DNA of 63,226 nucleotides, taken from contig BFEA01000031.1 in NCBI GenBank assembly GCA_003427395.1, positions 4,956,736 through 5,019,961 on the forward strand. The letters are read 5' to 3'. This DNA is from Chara braunii (taxonomy: Eukaryota > Plantae > Charophyceae). This document shows positions 48,227 to 62,261 of the stretch, one piece after another. A program made the translations under genes and the position numbers. The notes under the pieces are model-generated. The model saw only the letters and a list, made by a program, of their open reading frames with translations, made no database searches and was not told where the DNA came from. Each line of letters begins with the position of its first letter. The first letter of the stretch is position 1.

Positions 48227-48499
48227 GGGATAGGATAGTATTTGAGTGCTGGGTAGACAATCATTCTGATTAGTCATCATCTATCTCTATTTCATGATCT
48301 CAATCATCCACTCTATCATCCTGAATCATCCTAAATCATCATAAATGATCCTCAATCATCCCAAATTATCATCAATGATCATCAATGATCATCAATCATG
48401 AATGTATTTTCATTACAACGGACGCTAGGCCCGGTTCCCAGCATGTGCTGCTCCCCACGAATAGATTGGAGCAATTAAAAAAAAAAGGAAAAAAAAAAA

Positions 48500-48725
48500 G
48501 TCTTGTTTCTCTGGCACACTTTGCAACTGTTGGCATACTCTATGCCGTCAGATTTCATTCCTGGCCAAGTGTACGCATGCATCAGATTGGCTAAAGTCTT
48601 TTGCCGACCGAAATGTCCCTCTGTGTCGTGACATTCCCCTAGGATCAAACTGCAGATCTCCTCGTTGTTAGGAACGCACAGACAGTCTACTACGTTAGTC
48701 TTCTCAAATAACAATCCCTTTGTAG
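48500..48725 (-). pseudogene. Ty3/gypsy integrase zinc-binding (HHCC) fragment
   Basis: LCVPNNEEICSLILGECHDTEGHFGRQKTLANLMHAYTWPGMKSDGIEYANSCKVCQRNK. Confidence 0.85.
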
Positions 48726-49944
48726 TTGTGTCGGACCCGCCAGGATGGTAGTCCGAAAAGATGGAGAACAAGGGGTTCAGGACGGAGGAACTGGAGATGG
48801 AGCTGGAACGAACAGCGCAGCTCCGACGCAGACTCAACACCGCACGTACTCCAACAAGTGCAAAATGAAGAATGACGAGATACAGAGTGCAACTGGGGTA
48901 TACCCCCAGCGGACTGACTGGACTGGACTGGAGCGGTCTGGTACTGACAGTGGTACCGGGCAGGACTGGACTAGATAGAAACAGTACACGGCCTGTGGGG
49001 TCAGGCCACGGCCTGGTCCCAAAGGCCGAACTGGTAAATAGTTGAATAGGCCCTGGTTGTAGGCCAGTGGCCGTAGGCCAGGGCAGATGGAGGCCCGTTG
49101 TACGATCCTCAGACCTGTAATGGATCGCAAGAGTCATAAACACGCTATCCGAGAAAGAAGTGAAAGTCTGCAATAAACAGAAAGTTGATGCGGAGCACAC
49201 TTTATGCGGAGTCCATGCGATGCAGCCTCAGCTACATAATGTCAAATGAAATGCAAATGTTTGGTATACACATCCTAGCTAACAGCAGAAAATGAAATGT
49301 AGCAATATACAATCCTAAAGTCCTTGAGGCAATTGCCCCAGTGCTGAAAGGAAAAAAAAACAATATGTCACAAGATAATGTCATGTCGCTGAACCACTAA
49401 GAGTGGGATGGTCTCAGAGGGGGTGAATGCCGCCTAAGAATCGAAACTCCTAAGGGCAGTCACACATGATGGTGGGAGAGTGGTAGCGAAACAAAACCAA
49501 TAACCCTAACATATAGAACATCGGGGTGGGTAATGCTCGACAAAAGGATGACACCATGCAGGGTCGACCATAAAAAAAGGGGAGCCTGAAATAGGGTGGA
49601 GATATGCCTAACTGAAGGCATGCAAGGGTCGGCACTAGGGTGATGAGGGCAGTGGGTAAGGGAAATATGCACACAACTAACCGACTGGGAGAGGAGGGAG
49701 CTAGATCTGGGAGCAAGGAAGCCAAGATAACGCTACGGTCCCATTGCCTATGTGATACCAAGGGAGAGTCCAACTCAAAGAGACTCAGCTAAATGAGAAT
49801 CATCATGCGACATATGCAAGGGAATGTATAGGGTAGGGTGGTGGCTTGAAGTAGTCACGTCCAAAGTAGTTGAAGCCGATAAGATGGTTGAAGTCGACAA
49901 GGTGAATGAAGTCGTTGAAGTGGTCGATGACGTCGATGAAGTAG

Positions 49945-51715
49945 GATTTTTTCCCGAGTTAATCCAGAAGTGTAAGGAATACCTTGGAGTTGATCATGAG
50001 TTAGAGGCGAATCTTCAATGGGTTGATTTTGCTCTTAGTGCAGGTGGTTATATAACATGGGGGAGGAAATTCTTGTCTAACTGGACGACGTGGTTTCTCA
50101 ATCGTGATGAGGGCTTGGACGTTGAAGAAAGTTGTGCGTATGTCGGGAATTCCCCGTACTGGAAAGTAGTTTATATTAGAAAAAATGAAACAGATGTCAA
50201 TATGAAATAGAGTGAGGAACGTGGGAAATGTTGTCGGGAGTGTCCGGAAAATCATTTTCGCCGGTGGCTACGAAGCTGTAGACGGAGAAACTATGTTTTA
50301 CTCTCACTGGTGAGCGCGACAACAAACGAACTGCTGGTAATCGAGGTATATTATATTAAACACTGAAGTTCAAATCTTAATACCATCGGTCGTCGATTCA
50401 CCAATACTGGACGCACCATGGAGGGAACGAGAGAAAGGAGAAAAAAACGAGCATCTAACTTGAGTCATATGTCAAAGGATGAAGTTAGTATCATCAGTTT
50501 CAGCATGAACGAAGGCTGAGCCAGTTTTCGTCTGAATAAATTGCTGCTGAAGCAGAATTGTCAATATGTTAGGAACTTTTCAATGACATCTAGTAGAGGG
50601 AATGCTTGATAAGATGGGTGAAAACAATTAAAATGAGGTTTCGTTCAATTTGTGGTTATTTGTTCGGGCAAAACTAAGCTTATGCGGGATCATAAAAATT
50701 TTATGGAACAAGGAGGTACTATTCATATGGTTAACTTGTGTAAATGGAGAAGGATCAATACTAAGGGCAAACGATATCTGATCTCTCTCCTTAGGAATAA
50801 GAGTAAATGGGTCATGATATATAAATGCGATTTGTATTTTTTTTATCGAATTTTTCATCGTGATTAACGATTTCAGTATGAGGCGAAGTAGAATTCTGCT
50901 CAGACTCATTGTAAATGTTGCTATTAAGACTAGATACATCTTTGACTCATAGAAGAAGCTCGCTGTGAGAATCTAGTTTAATGATCGAATTAGTCCATGA
51001 GGGGTACGTAGACTTCTTGATGGTAAGATAAACAACTTGCAAATTCCGGTCGCGGTCCGTGAGACCCTGAAGCGGAAAACCAGAACGGTCTGGATAAAAA
51101 ATTTGTAAGTTGCTGACATACTTCATAACCATTGACTTTATGCATGTCGGGAGGTTTCCGACTGCATTTGTGCAGGGGTTCCGCTTTCGAGGTTCAAAGG
51201 ACATGTGCGTTGCACACTCTAGGAGGATGTCTGGGTTTCGTCGTTATGGGACACTGCACGTAATATCCCGAGAGCACCGAATGTCGTCAGGATAGACCAA
51301 CTACGTCTTGATTTTTTGGAAAGTCTATTTGGTTTGGCCATTGGTCAAAGGTTACCAGTTATATTTTAGTGCGAAGGAAGTCACAACCTGTATGAAGTGT
51401 AATTTAAGCCATTTTAGCAATTTGTCCGCAGATAACGACTATACGGTGGGGATATTGTATGAGAATCTAGTATTGGCACCGACAGATGGAAACCCCGAGG
51501 AGACTATCGTCCGTAGAATTTGGTTTTATATTCCTAAAAGTTTGCTCATGCTGCTCTGAGTTGTGCTCAAGATTGTTTCTCTCAGTTGAAGCCGGGTAAT
51601 GGCCTCGATACTTCTCAACGATTCCTTGAACTATCTGTTAAGATCTTTACAGGGGATGTTGGGCCCGGTTGCTAGCCGTGCTGCTCCCAATGAACATATT
51701 GGAGCTTTGTCGCTT
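49945..51715 (+). mobile_element. Second Penelope-like remnant, paralogous to 23235-25030
   Basis: Colinear similarity (e.g. tggtttctcaatcgtgatgagggcttggacgttg); CAYVGNSPYWKVVYI; ENLVLAPTDGNPEETIV. Confidence 0.6.
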
Positions 51716-52932
51716 AAAAAAAAAAGGTGTGGCGAGCCGCTAAGTGATCTTGAACTTGTCGCAAGTCCGCACGTTGTCATGGAACAACATAATGCCATGG
51801 ATACAGAGGACCGAAAAGGATCCTTGGGACAAGCTGGCATGTCAGACTTGCACGAGGTTATGAATCAATGTTGCAAAGTGGGTATTTTACCTCGAAATCT
51901 GAACATGGGGAACATCTCTGAAGAAGATGAACATGGTGAACATCTCAGGAGAAGATGAGGATGAGGAAACACTAGCAATGAACGCAGACGAACAAATAGA
52001 CCAACAAGTAGTCGATTGGCTGAAGGAACATTTGGGAATGATTTCATTTGGCCCTAAGGATGAAGACCCAATCCCGCTCAATATTTTTGTATTGCCAAAT
52101 TATGAGGGAGTCACAAAAATGAGTTATAATTGCACTATGGGCCAAGATACGGTTTCCGATGCAGTTCGGGCAATGTATACAGCCCAACTTTCTGGCAAGG
52201 TAAGGTGCTCGAAGTGCAATTGCAAACAGTGTCTTGCCCCATAGTGCAATAATAACTTATTTTTGTGATTCTATTCTTTTTTTTTCCAAACACACACACG
52301 CAACCCTTTTTTTTTTTGCTTTTGTTTTTTGGAAAGCCCTTCTACAAACCGTCCATCCCAGCGATGGTGTGTGAACCGTCGGAATTGAGGCCTTGGGCGT
52401 GGGGCTGCTCTATCATTAGTTATGGAGTGGCCCTTGCTAGAGACCAAGTTCAACGTCTCTTAGATACAACAATTAAACACTGTGTATTCCTTTCGTCTAG
52501 TTTATGAGGTTGTAGCTTGTACTTTTCCTACGTCGAAACTCAGTTTTCCCCTGAGGTTGCATGCGTTACCCATCCCAGTATAAAGTTTTCTACTTTCCAC
52601 TTTAAACTAAGATGGAGGAGAGTAGGGTGACACCATGATACTCGCCACCTCCCAGACCTTGGATCTGACGAGCTTCACCGTACAAAATATCCTACAGACT
52701 GGCAGATCGAAGAACGAGGTCCCCAGCAAGTGTGGCCATTGCAAAGTGGGGAGTGGTCCTGCTGGAAGACCTTCAGGGATCGACAGGAGACTTTCTGAAG
52801 CTGTTTATTTCGTCTAACCTCCTGGATGTCAAGCAAGTCACCCTCCTTCGGATGCTATCATTAGTAGTTACCCCGTTAGCAGTGTGGTTGATCCGAAGAG
52901 ACATGGACATTCTACTGGGTGGCTCGCACTAC

Positions 52933-53209
52933 CTGCGTTGTCACTTGTAAGCACCCTCGTACGAGTACGGATTCGTACTCTTGTACTCGTACGCTAGGGG
53001 TTCCGTACGAGTTTTTTTTAATTGTTATTATTATTTTAAATCCGGTATTGTTTTTTTTTTGTTCCTTAAATTCTAATAAGAATCTGAAGATGATGCTCGG
53101 CCAAATGTTGCTTGTTTTGTGCTGTTGCATCACATAGTGTTTTTTTCGGATTGTTTTGATGAGTTTGTTTTTTTTTTTNNNNNNNNNNNNNNNNNNNNNN
53201 NNNNNNNNN

Positions 53210-53245
<36 letters not shown>

Positions 53246-53264
53246 TTTTAAAAAATATTTTAAA

Positions 53265-53310
<46 letters not shown>

Positions 53311-53432
53311 TTTTCGTACGGGGGCGTACAAGACGAACAGGTTCCCGTACAGGTTCCCATACAGATCCCGTACATATATTACCTGTACGTTTCGTACGGA
53401 AAGCCCCCGTACGTGTATATTATGCAACGTCG
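52933..53432. mobile_element. hAT-type MITE (CGTAC-rich family)
   Basis: 8-bp TSD CGCACTAC at 52925-52932 and 53433-53440. Termini CTGCGTTG...CAACGTCG. Confidence 0.85.
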
Positions 53433-53584
53433 CGCACTACATTTGGCCGTTTAAGTCCACCAAACACCTCTGCTGGGACTGCTCGACGTCAAAAAGGGTA
53501 TGAAGATGGTGGGCTCGACACTGGGCTCAGTTGGGAGGGAAGGACGTTGTGTGGGACAAGCACTGGGTACTTGTGAGATTTGTC

Positions 53585-56500
53585 TTTTTTTTTATTTTTT
53601 TTAAGCCCTTTTGTGAGTCCACTATCTCGGCGGTGGTACGAGAACTACTAAAATTGAGGGCTCGTTTAGTGGGCTGCTCCATATTGGTGGGAGCGGCACC
53701 TGCTGGAAAACGGGTTCACCGTCCCTTGGAACAGCAATACAATATGTTGAGTCGGGGCCACAGTCATCAGTAGTATAATCATAGTCGTTTCCCACTCGGC
53801 TGCAAACCAAACCCTTCCTCTACTTGAGCTCTATTTCTTGAAATCAATATAGCCCCATCTGCAGCCTTCCCCTGAAGAGTATTTTGGAGTGTGTGGGGGA
53901 TATGCTTCTTCGTCCTTGAGTCAACCTTGAGTTAGAGCAGCACAAGTGATTGTGCAATTTGCTAGCATCTTCCCCTTGCAGCATGAAGAGTTCATCCACT
54001 TCCCGCCGACCCACTCAATCCCTCAATGTTGGGATAAGAGTCAGGACGTCGGCTGCGGTCATGTTGATGTACCTCTCAATTGGAATTTTATCAGTCTCCA
54101 TCCCAACGACATTAAACCCTGAACCCTTAGGGTTTTTCAAGCTATTTAGGCCCACTCATGTCCTTCCTTCGGGCAAGGTTTGTCACAGTTGAACCCGCGT
54201 CACTCCTGCATCCACTGATCATTGTCTTTGTGTTTGCCGACCACTATTTTTCCATGGTTGTTGCTGCGCCTTACGTGGTGTGAAGTCACATTCCCGTTGT
54301 GCGCAGCGGGCGGTTAGGAAGGTGGGGGGCGAGATACCGGGTACAGGGGGGGGCCTGGGGCATCTTGGGCACTTTGGGCATAAGTCGTGTGGCGAGGTGG
54401 CTGCGATGGCAGTGATGGCAGTGAAGCAGGTGGTGGGGGAGATGGGAGGAGGACAAAATTTGGCTGGAGGTATGGGACTTGGAAGTCAGAGAAGGGTCTC
54501 CTTTGCCATCTGGGTTCCGTGGTCATCCATGGTTTCCATGTGATGTTCAAAGAGGAGTCCCATTCGGAGAATATTCTGTCGGGGTCTTGCCAGATATACG
54601 CATATGAATCTCGGATTGCGTGCCTAGCGAGGGGATCTTTCTCCTCTAACATGTCTCTTCTCATCGACTTCCATGCTTCCCGGGTCTTGGTCCTAATATG
54701 TTCTTCAATGGCCTGTTGCGCCTGCTATAGGCCGAATTGGTGCTCCTTCCTTTCAAAGGAACAGCAGGCTCTCCATGCTAACATGAGGATTAGCAACCGT
54801 GTGTATAGAATAAGTTGGTTGCGAATAGGGACCAGTGGGCATGCAGATGACGGTTCTCGCCCAGGAGCAGAAGGCCAAGGTCCTTAATGATATGATGGTC
54901 CGTGAGGGAATGGAAAGCAGCATCCCACCACTGCCACAGTTGGGTGACCATGGGGCGTGCAAGCATGCAATGTTCAAGTGTCGCACAGGCTGGCATCTGA
55001 GTCCTCGAGCAATATGCACAGATGGGAGATAATTCCCCTTTCTGTTCAAGATCTGTTCTAGGGGCAAGCCAGTCGGGGGTGGGGAGGCATCGGTGCAGGA
55101 TCTGCCACTGCAGAGACATGTGGTTCGTTGGCATGATCTTCGCAAATTTGGACCAGGTGAAGGATGTGATACGTTTCGTTCCAACGAAGAGTCCCGCGCC
55201 CATCTGTTCGCTAATATGTTGTTGATTTCCTGGTCTTGTCGTGATGCTTTGTATCCCCCTTCAATGGTGTAATCCCATATGTGCATAGGCCGAGGGCTAG
55301 GCCACTCCCACTCGGCCGGGTCGAAGGGGAGTCTGGCAACCGACATTGTTGACTGAAATGTGTAGAGGTCATTTTGTTGATCTCCTACCACCCTGACTTG
55401 CATCAGACCTGCCCAGCCGTGTTTCGTGTCTAGGTCTCCATTCTTTGTTAGTTTGGAGAACTTCGCCCTGAGCAACTGAAGCTCATATGCTTCCAGTTCA
55501 CAGACCCCATCTTTTTTGTTCATGACTGTAAAGAGAACCAAGGGCGGGACAGGTCTGCGTATCTATCTACCCAATCGTCTTTTTCCGTTGTTGGGTTCTT
55601 CTGCAGGGTGAGGCGCCAAGCAAGAGGGAGGGCCTCTCTTAGCAGACCCGCTTTTTCTTCAATATGTTTTGTATGTTTGAGTTTGTTGCACAGTTGGGTG
55701 GGAATTGCCCAATCCCCACTGACCGAGTCTCACAGGTCCCCTACTGAAAAAACCCTCTTCTTGGCCCAAGTGAGCCATGGAGAGTTTGTCATTAGGGGAA
55801 ATGGGTCGCCCGTTTCTTGGAGGATATGCGGGTTGCCAAAATAGGTTACCTCCATATGTCATGCCATCTATTGGGGGGGTGTTTCTGTTGTGACCCTCTT
55901 CGCCTCCAGAGCTTGAGCATGTTCGGCGAGAGCGGATCCACCATCATGTCCAACTTTGTAGTGTGTATCGGGTTCACAGGCTATGTTTGTTTCGAAGGCG
56001 ATGTAATAGTCCAGTGGCTGTTTGTCAGCCACTGGAGTGGGTGCACCGTTCCCGACACCTGCGTTTGTGGGGCTAGACTGGCTATTTGCAGACAGGTTAG
56101 TTGTTCCCATGGGATGTCGTTTCCTATAAGCAGTCGGGCGAGGACTCTAAAAATGAGAGCCTCACTTTCTTTCTCAGGAGCCAAGATCCCCAAACCCTGG
56201 CCCCTTTAGACCTAGGTTGTGTGAGCATATCCCATTTCACCCTGTGGAGACAAGATTGAGGTTTTGTGTTGTTTTTCCATAGGTATGGTGGAAGCGTTTT
56301 TTTCAATTTGGCATGCTGTCATTTGTTTAGCGGCCATATTGCCAATTTGTACCAAATGCCCGCCCGGATAACACTGTTGATGGTCAGCGCGCGTCCTACC
56401 TGTGAGGTGTGCACACCCTCCCATTTGGCCAATCAGTCCACTGCCACATCGACCAGCCTGTCGCCGTGGTTTGGGGGAGGGGCATCGCAGTCAATCTCAC

Positions 56501-59500
56501 ACCCAAGATCCGGATGGCTTCTTCTTTGGGGGCCCATACAACCTTCGGTTCAGGGGAGGGGGGCTCTCCTTGGGGTTGGAGTCACCAACCCTCTATCTTG
56601 AAGCCCTAGTTGACCTTCATGTCTGCCGCTAGTGAAAAGAGGTGTATGACTTGGGTGAGTGCTTGGAGGTTGGATGGATCCGCCCGTATGAGTACGGTGA
56701 GGTCATCTGCAAAGAGCGATGTCATAGGTATGAGGTGTTGGGTTATATCTGGAATAAGCACTTTGCTGATTTGAGGGTGGGCGTGGATCATGGATGCGAG
56801 GGCCTTCATGACTATGACAAACAACAACAGTGCAATGGGGTCTCCTTGGCAGACTGACCTCTGAAGGTGGATTGGTGGGGAGAGGTGACCATTGAGCATT
56901 ATGTTAATCGTAACCGATCTACACAGCTGGTGCACCCACTGATAAAAGGTCGGACCAAAGTTCATCCTAGCTAAGGAGGTGTCGAGGAAGTCCCAGTCGA
57001 CAGGATCGTACGCTTTCTCAAAGACTATGAAGAGGATCACCGCTTGGGCTTTCCTCTAGCGGGCGTACTTAAATAGTCTCATTAACCAGGAGGATATTGT
57101 CTTGGATTTTGTGATTGGGCATGAATCCTGTTTGGTCCAGGTGAATCAGCATGTTCAAGTTCATCAGAGACAACAACCCATTGGTAAGAACCTTGGCCAC
57201 CAGTTTGTTGGGAACCGGGAGAAGAGTAAAAGGTTTGTAGTTCCTTATGTTCTCCTTGTTCCCTTTCTTGTAGAGGAGGGTTGTGACTAGTGTCGTACCC
57301 CCGTTCACCGTTCACGGCCCTGGTGAACGCGGGCCGGTCAGTTCACGGAGTTCACGCAGAGCGGGAACTCCGTTTTTTTTTTTTTTTGGCTTGTAGGGGG
57401 TGTTTTCTTTGCACACGTTTGTGCTCCATGTCAACGGGCACCTGCCCATTTTTTTATTTATTTTTTTTCGATCAGAATATTTTTTTTTAATTTTATTGGG
57501 AAAAAAATAAAAATGAAGTTCGGTTGTGTTAGGCATGGCTTTCGTCGGCCGTGTGGGGCATTCGCAGGCTGTTATGTGCCCTAAAAAAAACAATTATGAT
57601 GATATTATGATGACATCATGACATTGCGGCAGGCCGCCAGTGCCATACTAAAAAAAAACGGTCGGGCCTTGTTTCCCGCAGGGCCCTGCGCCAACACCCC
57701 GCCCACCTCCACCCCCAAATTTTATTTTATTTTTTTCTAAGACACCCCGTTCTGTTTTATTTTCTTTTTCTTTTTTTAAGATTTGAAGGCATAGGGGTGT
57801 AGAAGGCCCCCGCACCACCCCCTTCCTGCCCCGATCCCAACCGTACCGGCGCCCAGGTGGGCGGAAAACCCGTGAACGGCCGTTAATGGATTTTGGCCCC
57901 GATGACCGGTGCCGGTCACGTTCACAGGACCGGCACTGGTTGTGACCCCCCGATAATCATCACCCCGAAGGAGCCCTCGTTTTGTATAGCATGTATATGT
58001 TTCATAATGTCATCTTGGAGAAGGTCCCAAAACTATACCCAAAATTCTTTAGGGAATGAGTCGATTCTAGGGGTCTTCTCGTCTTCCATTCCTTGTAGGG
58101 TCTCCCATACCTTCTCATGGTTTATGGGCTTGTGCAGGTCGTCTCTCTGACTTTGTGTCGGGCGAGGGCGGATGAACTGCAATAATGTGTCTCTCCCTTG
58201 GTGAACCTCGTCTGGATGCTTGTTGGGTGTTTCAGACGTAAAGAAGTTTTTTTATAGTATTTGGCTGTGTAGTCCACAATTTTGTAAGTGTTGGTTGCCT
58301 TCGGGGCGTTGTTGTCGAGCGGGTGGTTGAATATGGGAACATTGGTTGTCCTCGACCTTGCTCTAGCCTTGTTGAAAAAGACCTTCACCATTGTTCCATC
58401 TGTGTTTTTTCTTTATTTTGCCCTGCATTCTCCACACATGTGCCTATTGGTCAAGATACTCCTGAAGGTGGTCACGACTTCTTGTTGTCTATCAATGGAG
58501 GGGCGGTGCAGGGGGTCTTTCATCAGCTCATCGTCCCATTCTTCGAGGTCCCACATGAGGCTCTCCAGGCAGGCTTTTCGATCTTTGGCATGTTGGATGG
58601 AGAATTTTTTAGCTCTCTCCCTCAGTTGGGCCAGACCCTTGTTGAACCAGTCTACTCTCTCTCCCGATTCGGGTTTCTGGGTTCGCCAAAAGTCCCAAAA
58701 GTCTTTAATGAGGTTTTTGAATCTAGAGAGGGGGAGCAAAGAGGCATCGATTTGTAGAAACCGGACCCTCGTTGGGTACGATTATGGAATGAGAGTCCCA
58801 GTGTTATCATCCTGTGGTCGAAGGACTTGGACGGACTGATCGTTGTGATTTCCGTCGTGGTGACGATGCCCATTAAGTCTTTGGACACCCAGTGTAAGAT
58901 CAATTCGTGAATTGGCCAGTCCCTGCTCACACCTGGATGATAGACAAGTGAAGGCCTTTTGGGCAGGGTGCAACAAGCGGAAAGCGTCCTCAAGTTGTCT
59001 GCCTGCCATAATCTGTCTAAGGATGAGGATGTCAGGGTCAGGGGAGAGTGTTGAAGGGGTTGTGAGATCTCGACATCAAAATGTGGATCTGCGGTCCAGC
59101 GCCGGGTCGAGTGCGGTATTACAGTCATTAGCGAGTATGACGGGGGCGCCGTTCGGCAGCTGTTAATGGAGGGCAAGCTAGAGGTCTACCCTAGATGAAG
59201 GGTCATTAGGGGCATACACGCTAACCAAGTAGAACTCATTTTCCTCATACTGCAGCTTCAAGGAGACTCATATATCGTGCAGTTTGTCGCTGTCGACAGC
59301 AAGCTGTTTGACTTTTGAAGACGGAGGTAGCCAAATAGCTACACACGCGGACGCTTTATCTCGTGCGGGTGCAGCGAAGGACGTGTATGGCCAGATGGCC
59401 TTGGCTTTTCGTGTTGCGTCGGTGTGCCCTGCAAGTGCGCCTCTTGGATATAGATTGCATCAGCCCATGATCTGTTGCCCGGGTCTCTAAGCATGTCCCA

Positions 59501-60450
59501 AATAACATCCTTTTTCCGTGGTGTGGCCTGTATGAGCCCATTAACATTCAGTGAGCAGATATCTATATCTGCGTGAGCTAATTGTTCTTCCCAATTGGGG
59601 CCGACTCCTGATCGGGAGGAAAACGGGGGGAGGGGGGGGGCATTGGGGGGGTTAGGAGGGTTGGGGGGGTTGGGGGGGCCGGAAGGGCATGGGGGACTGT
59701 GGGGGGGTTGTCGGAGTCAGCCGATGTTGTGTGCAGGTTGGTGAGGGGCAAGTAAGCGGTTGTCGTTCGTAGCTTGAGGCCCATGCATGTCGAAGAGATG
59801 TGGGGAGAGCATGTCATGTCGTTCCATGTCAAAGTGTTTTTTCTCAAGAGGATGGGCAGGTCTAGCAGGTCGCGGGATCACCGTATGTTGGTGGTTCATC
59901 AAGTTGCTCCAGGGTGGAACTTATGTGTATCTGTGTTCATGCCATCGAGATAATTTTTCTGAGTTCGTCCCTAGCTGCCCAGGGTCAATTCAATCTATGT
60001 TCTTGATTAGAAGCACAAACAGTGGATCATCCAAGCAGTTGTGCTCTTCTAACACATTCAATTTGTCCTCCATGAAGATCTGCATGAAGAAGAGTACCCT
60101 ACGTAGCGTCCATGTGAAGCTAGTCCTGAATTGGTCAGTGGACCGGTCCATGAGCTCCATGTGGGTGAACCAAGTGTAGGCGGAATGTGTGCTTTCAGGC
60201 TTGACATTCGACTTCATTAGGAGTATGAAACAAATAACACCTTCCAAGAAGGACAATGAATATGGCAGCACGGCCCCCAGAACCCCCTCCGCTTGCGTCT
60301 CTCGACACCAATATTTAAGTCGTTTGAGAATCACAGTTGTGGAAGGGTTGCCCCTCCAGCCTTCCAAAGTGAGGGTCTTCGGGTCTAAGGGTTGTTGGGG
60401 GGGGGGGTCAGGAGGGGGTCTGAGCCCCAACATCCACTATCCTCCTTCCC
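53585..60450 (-). mobile_element. Degenerate L1/Tx1-type LINE (ORF1 remnant, APE, RT, zinc finger, 3' UTR, poly-A)
   Basis: Minus-strand LNVNGL, VYAP, SRIDL, LYKKGNKENIRNYKP, FEKAYDPVDWDFL, RSVCQGDP, SLFADD, CAYC...TLEHCMLA. T tract at 53585-53602. Confidence 0.88.
57288..57938. mobile_element. hAT-type MITE inserted in the LINE RT
   Basis: 8-bp TSD GTTGTGAC at 57280-57287 and 57939-57946. Termini TAGTGTCG...CGGCACTG. GTTCAC/GTGAAC subterminal motifs. Confidence 0.88.
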
Positions 60451-61821
60451 TCTGTCTGGCCAGGGGGAAGATTATGACATCATGCGGTACCTGTACCGGG
60501 GAATCGCCATCATCTTAGAGTCTGACCCAGCACCGTAGTTTCCCGTGGGGAGGATCGCCCGGCGCCTCATCATCTGAACGCAGTGTTGTGTTGTCATCAT
60601 CATCATGCAGTATTTCAATTCTGCGAGGACGACAGTTCCGGTACTCGGATTAAGTGTCAGAAGCCGTGGATGATGCGTGTGTGATCCGTTCTTCCGGATG
60701 TTGTGGTTGTGCCTTCCATGTGAAGTGCTGACTCTGGTTTTCTTGTGATTGAATGGGCACAGCAGCATCAGGCGAACTGCAACAGAAAAATTTCCCAGAA
60801 TTAAATAATCGTTTTATATTAAAATTACATTCTAAATTTTAAATTTTCATTCCATCTTAAACAATGTCATATAATTTAAAATTTATTCTCAGCGATAAAA
60901 ATATATGAATTAAAAAAAACTACTTATTTAACACAACAACATGGCTAGGTAATCATAATATAAATAAACAAATGAATTTAATAATGCAAAACTATAAACT
61001 AGTGTTAACAGCAGATGATTTTTTCTACACATATTGCATGTAACGAAGTGATTTTAGCAAAACAAAATAGTACCTTGCAATAAGAATGAACAATAAACCT
61101 TTATACATCTTCCATCATTTTTGTTTTTCATGTCATATAAATAAAAATCATTCAACATTGGGATACATTAATTATTTCAACTATTCGTAGCCTATTTTGA
61201 TAGAAAAAAACAAACACAATATTTGAAAAAAATACAAAGATCGTTTTTTACTTAAACAAATAAAACCAACGCACAATCACTTTATATTTATGGACGTGTT
61301 GAATACAATCAATTTGATTGCAGACTGTTTACATTACTATTGATATGACACTTGTTACTTTCAAATCCACAACAGCATGTTAATGATTTCACTGAAAAAT
61401 ATATGACATATTACAGATCTTACCAACATAACTAACTACAAGAAATATATCCACACCCAAATAAACAATATACGCCACAAAAGTATAATTATCAATTATT
61501 TATTCAAACAGAAGACACAATAGAAAAACAAAACAATGCACTTAGAATAACAAAAAACATTCTTATAACATCTATTTTACAAAACACATCAAAGAGAAGA
61601 AAAAAAAAATATTACAAATCAATAATAATAATATAAACAACCTTTCAAAAACTCGGACGTCTGTTCATTCGATTATACACAAATAGTTGCTATAAATTTT
61701 ACATAGGTAAGTTTTCTAACCACCAATGAATAAAAAACCTTTATACTTTACGGTACACTTCACAAATAGTTTCAACAAACTCTTATACATAAGATAAAAT
61801 ATCGTAGCAAATACCACAACA

Positions 61822-62109
61822 CTGCGTTGCCACTTGTACGCACCCTCGCACGAGTATAAATTCGTACTCTTGTACTCGTACGCTAGGGGCCCCGTACGAG
61901 TTTTTTTTTTTTTTTTTTTTTTTNNNNNNNNNNNNNNNNNNNNNNNNNNNNNNNNNNNNNNNNNNNNNNNNNNNNNNNNNNNNNNNNNNNNNNNNNNNNN
62001 NNNNNNNNNNNNNNNNNNNNNNNNNNNNNNNNNNNNNNNNNNNNNNNNNNNNNNNNNNNNNNNNNNNNNNNNNNNNNNNNNNNNNNNNNNNNNNNNNNNN
62101 NTTTTTTTA

Positions 62110-62148
<39 letters not shown>

Positions 62149-62261
62149 GGGGCCGTACAAGACGTACAGGTTTCCGTACAGTTTCCCGTACAGATGCCGT
62201 ACAGATATTACCTGTATGTTTTGTATGGAAAGGCCTCGTACGTGTACTCTATATGACATCA
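61822..62261. mobile_element. Second copy of the CGTAC-rich MITE family
   Basis: Homologous to 52933-53432. TSD CCACAACA/TCACAACA (7 of 8). Confidence 0.85.
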
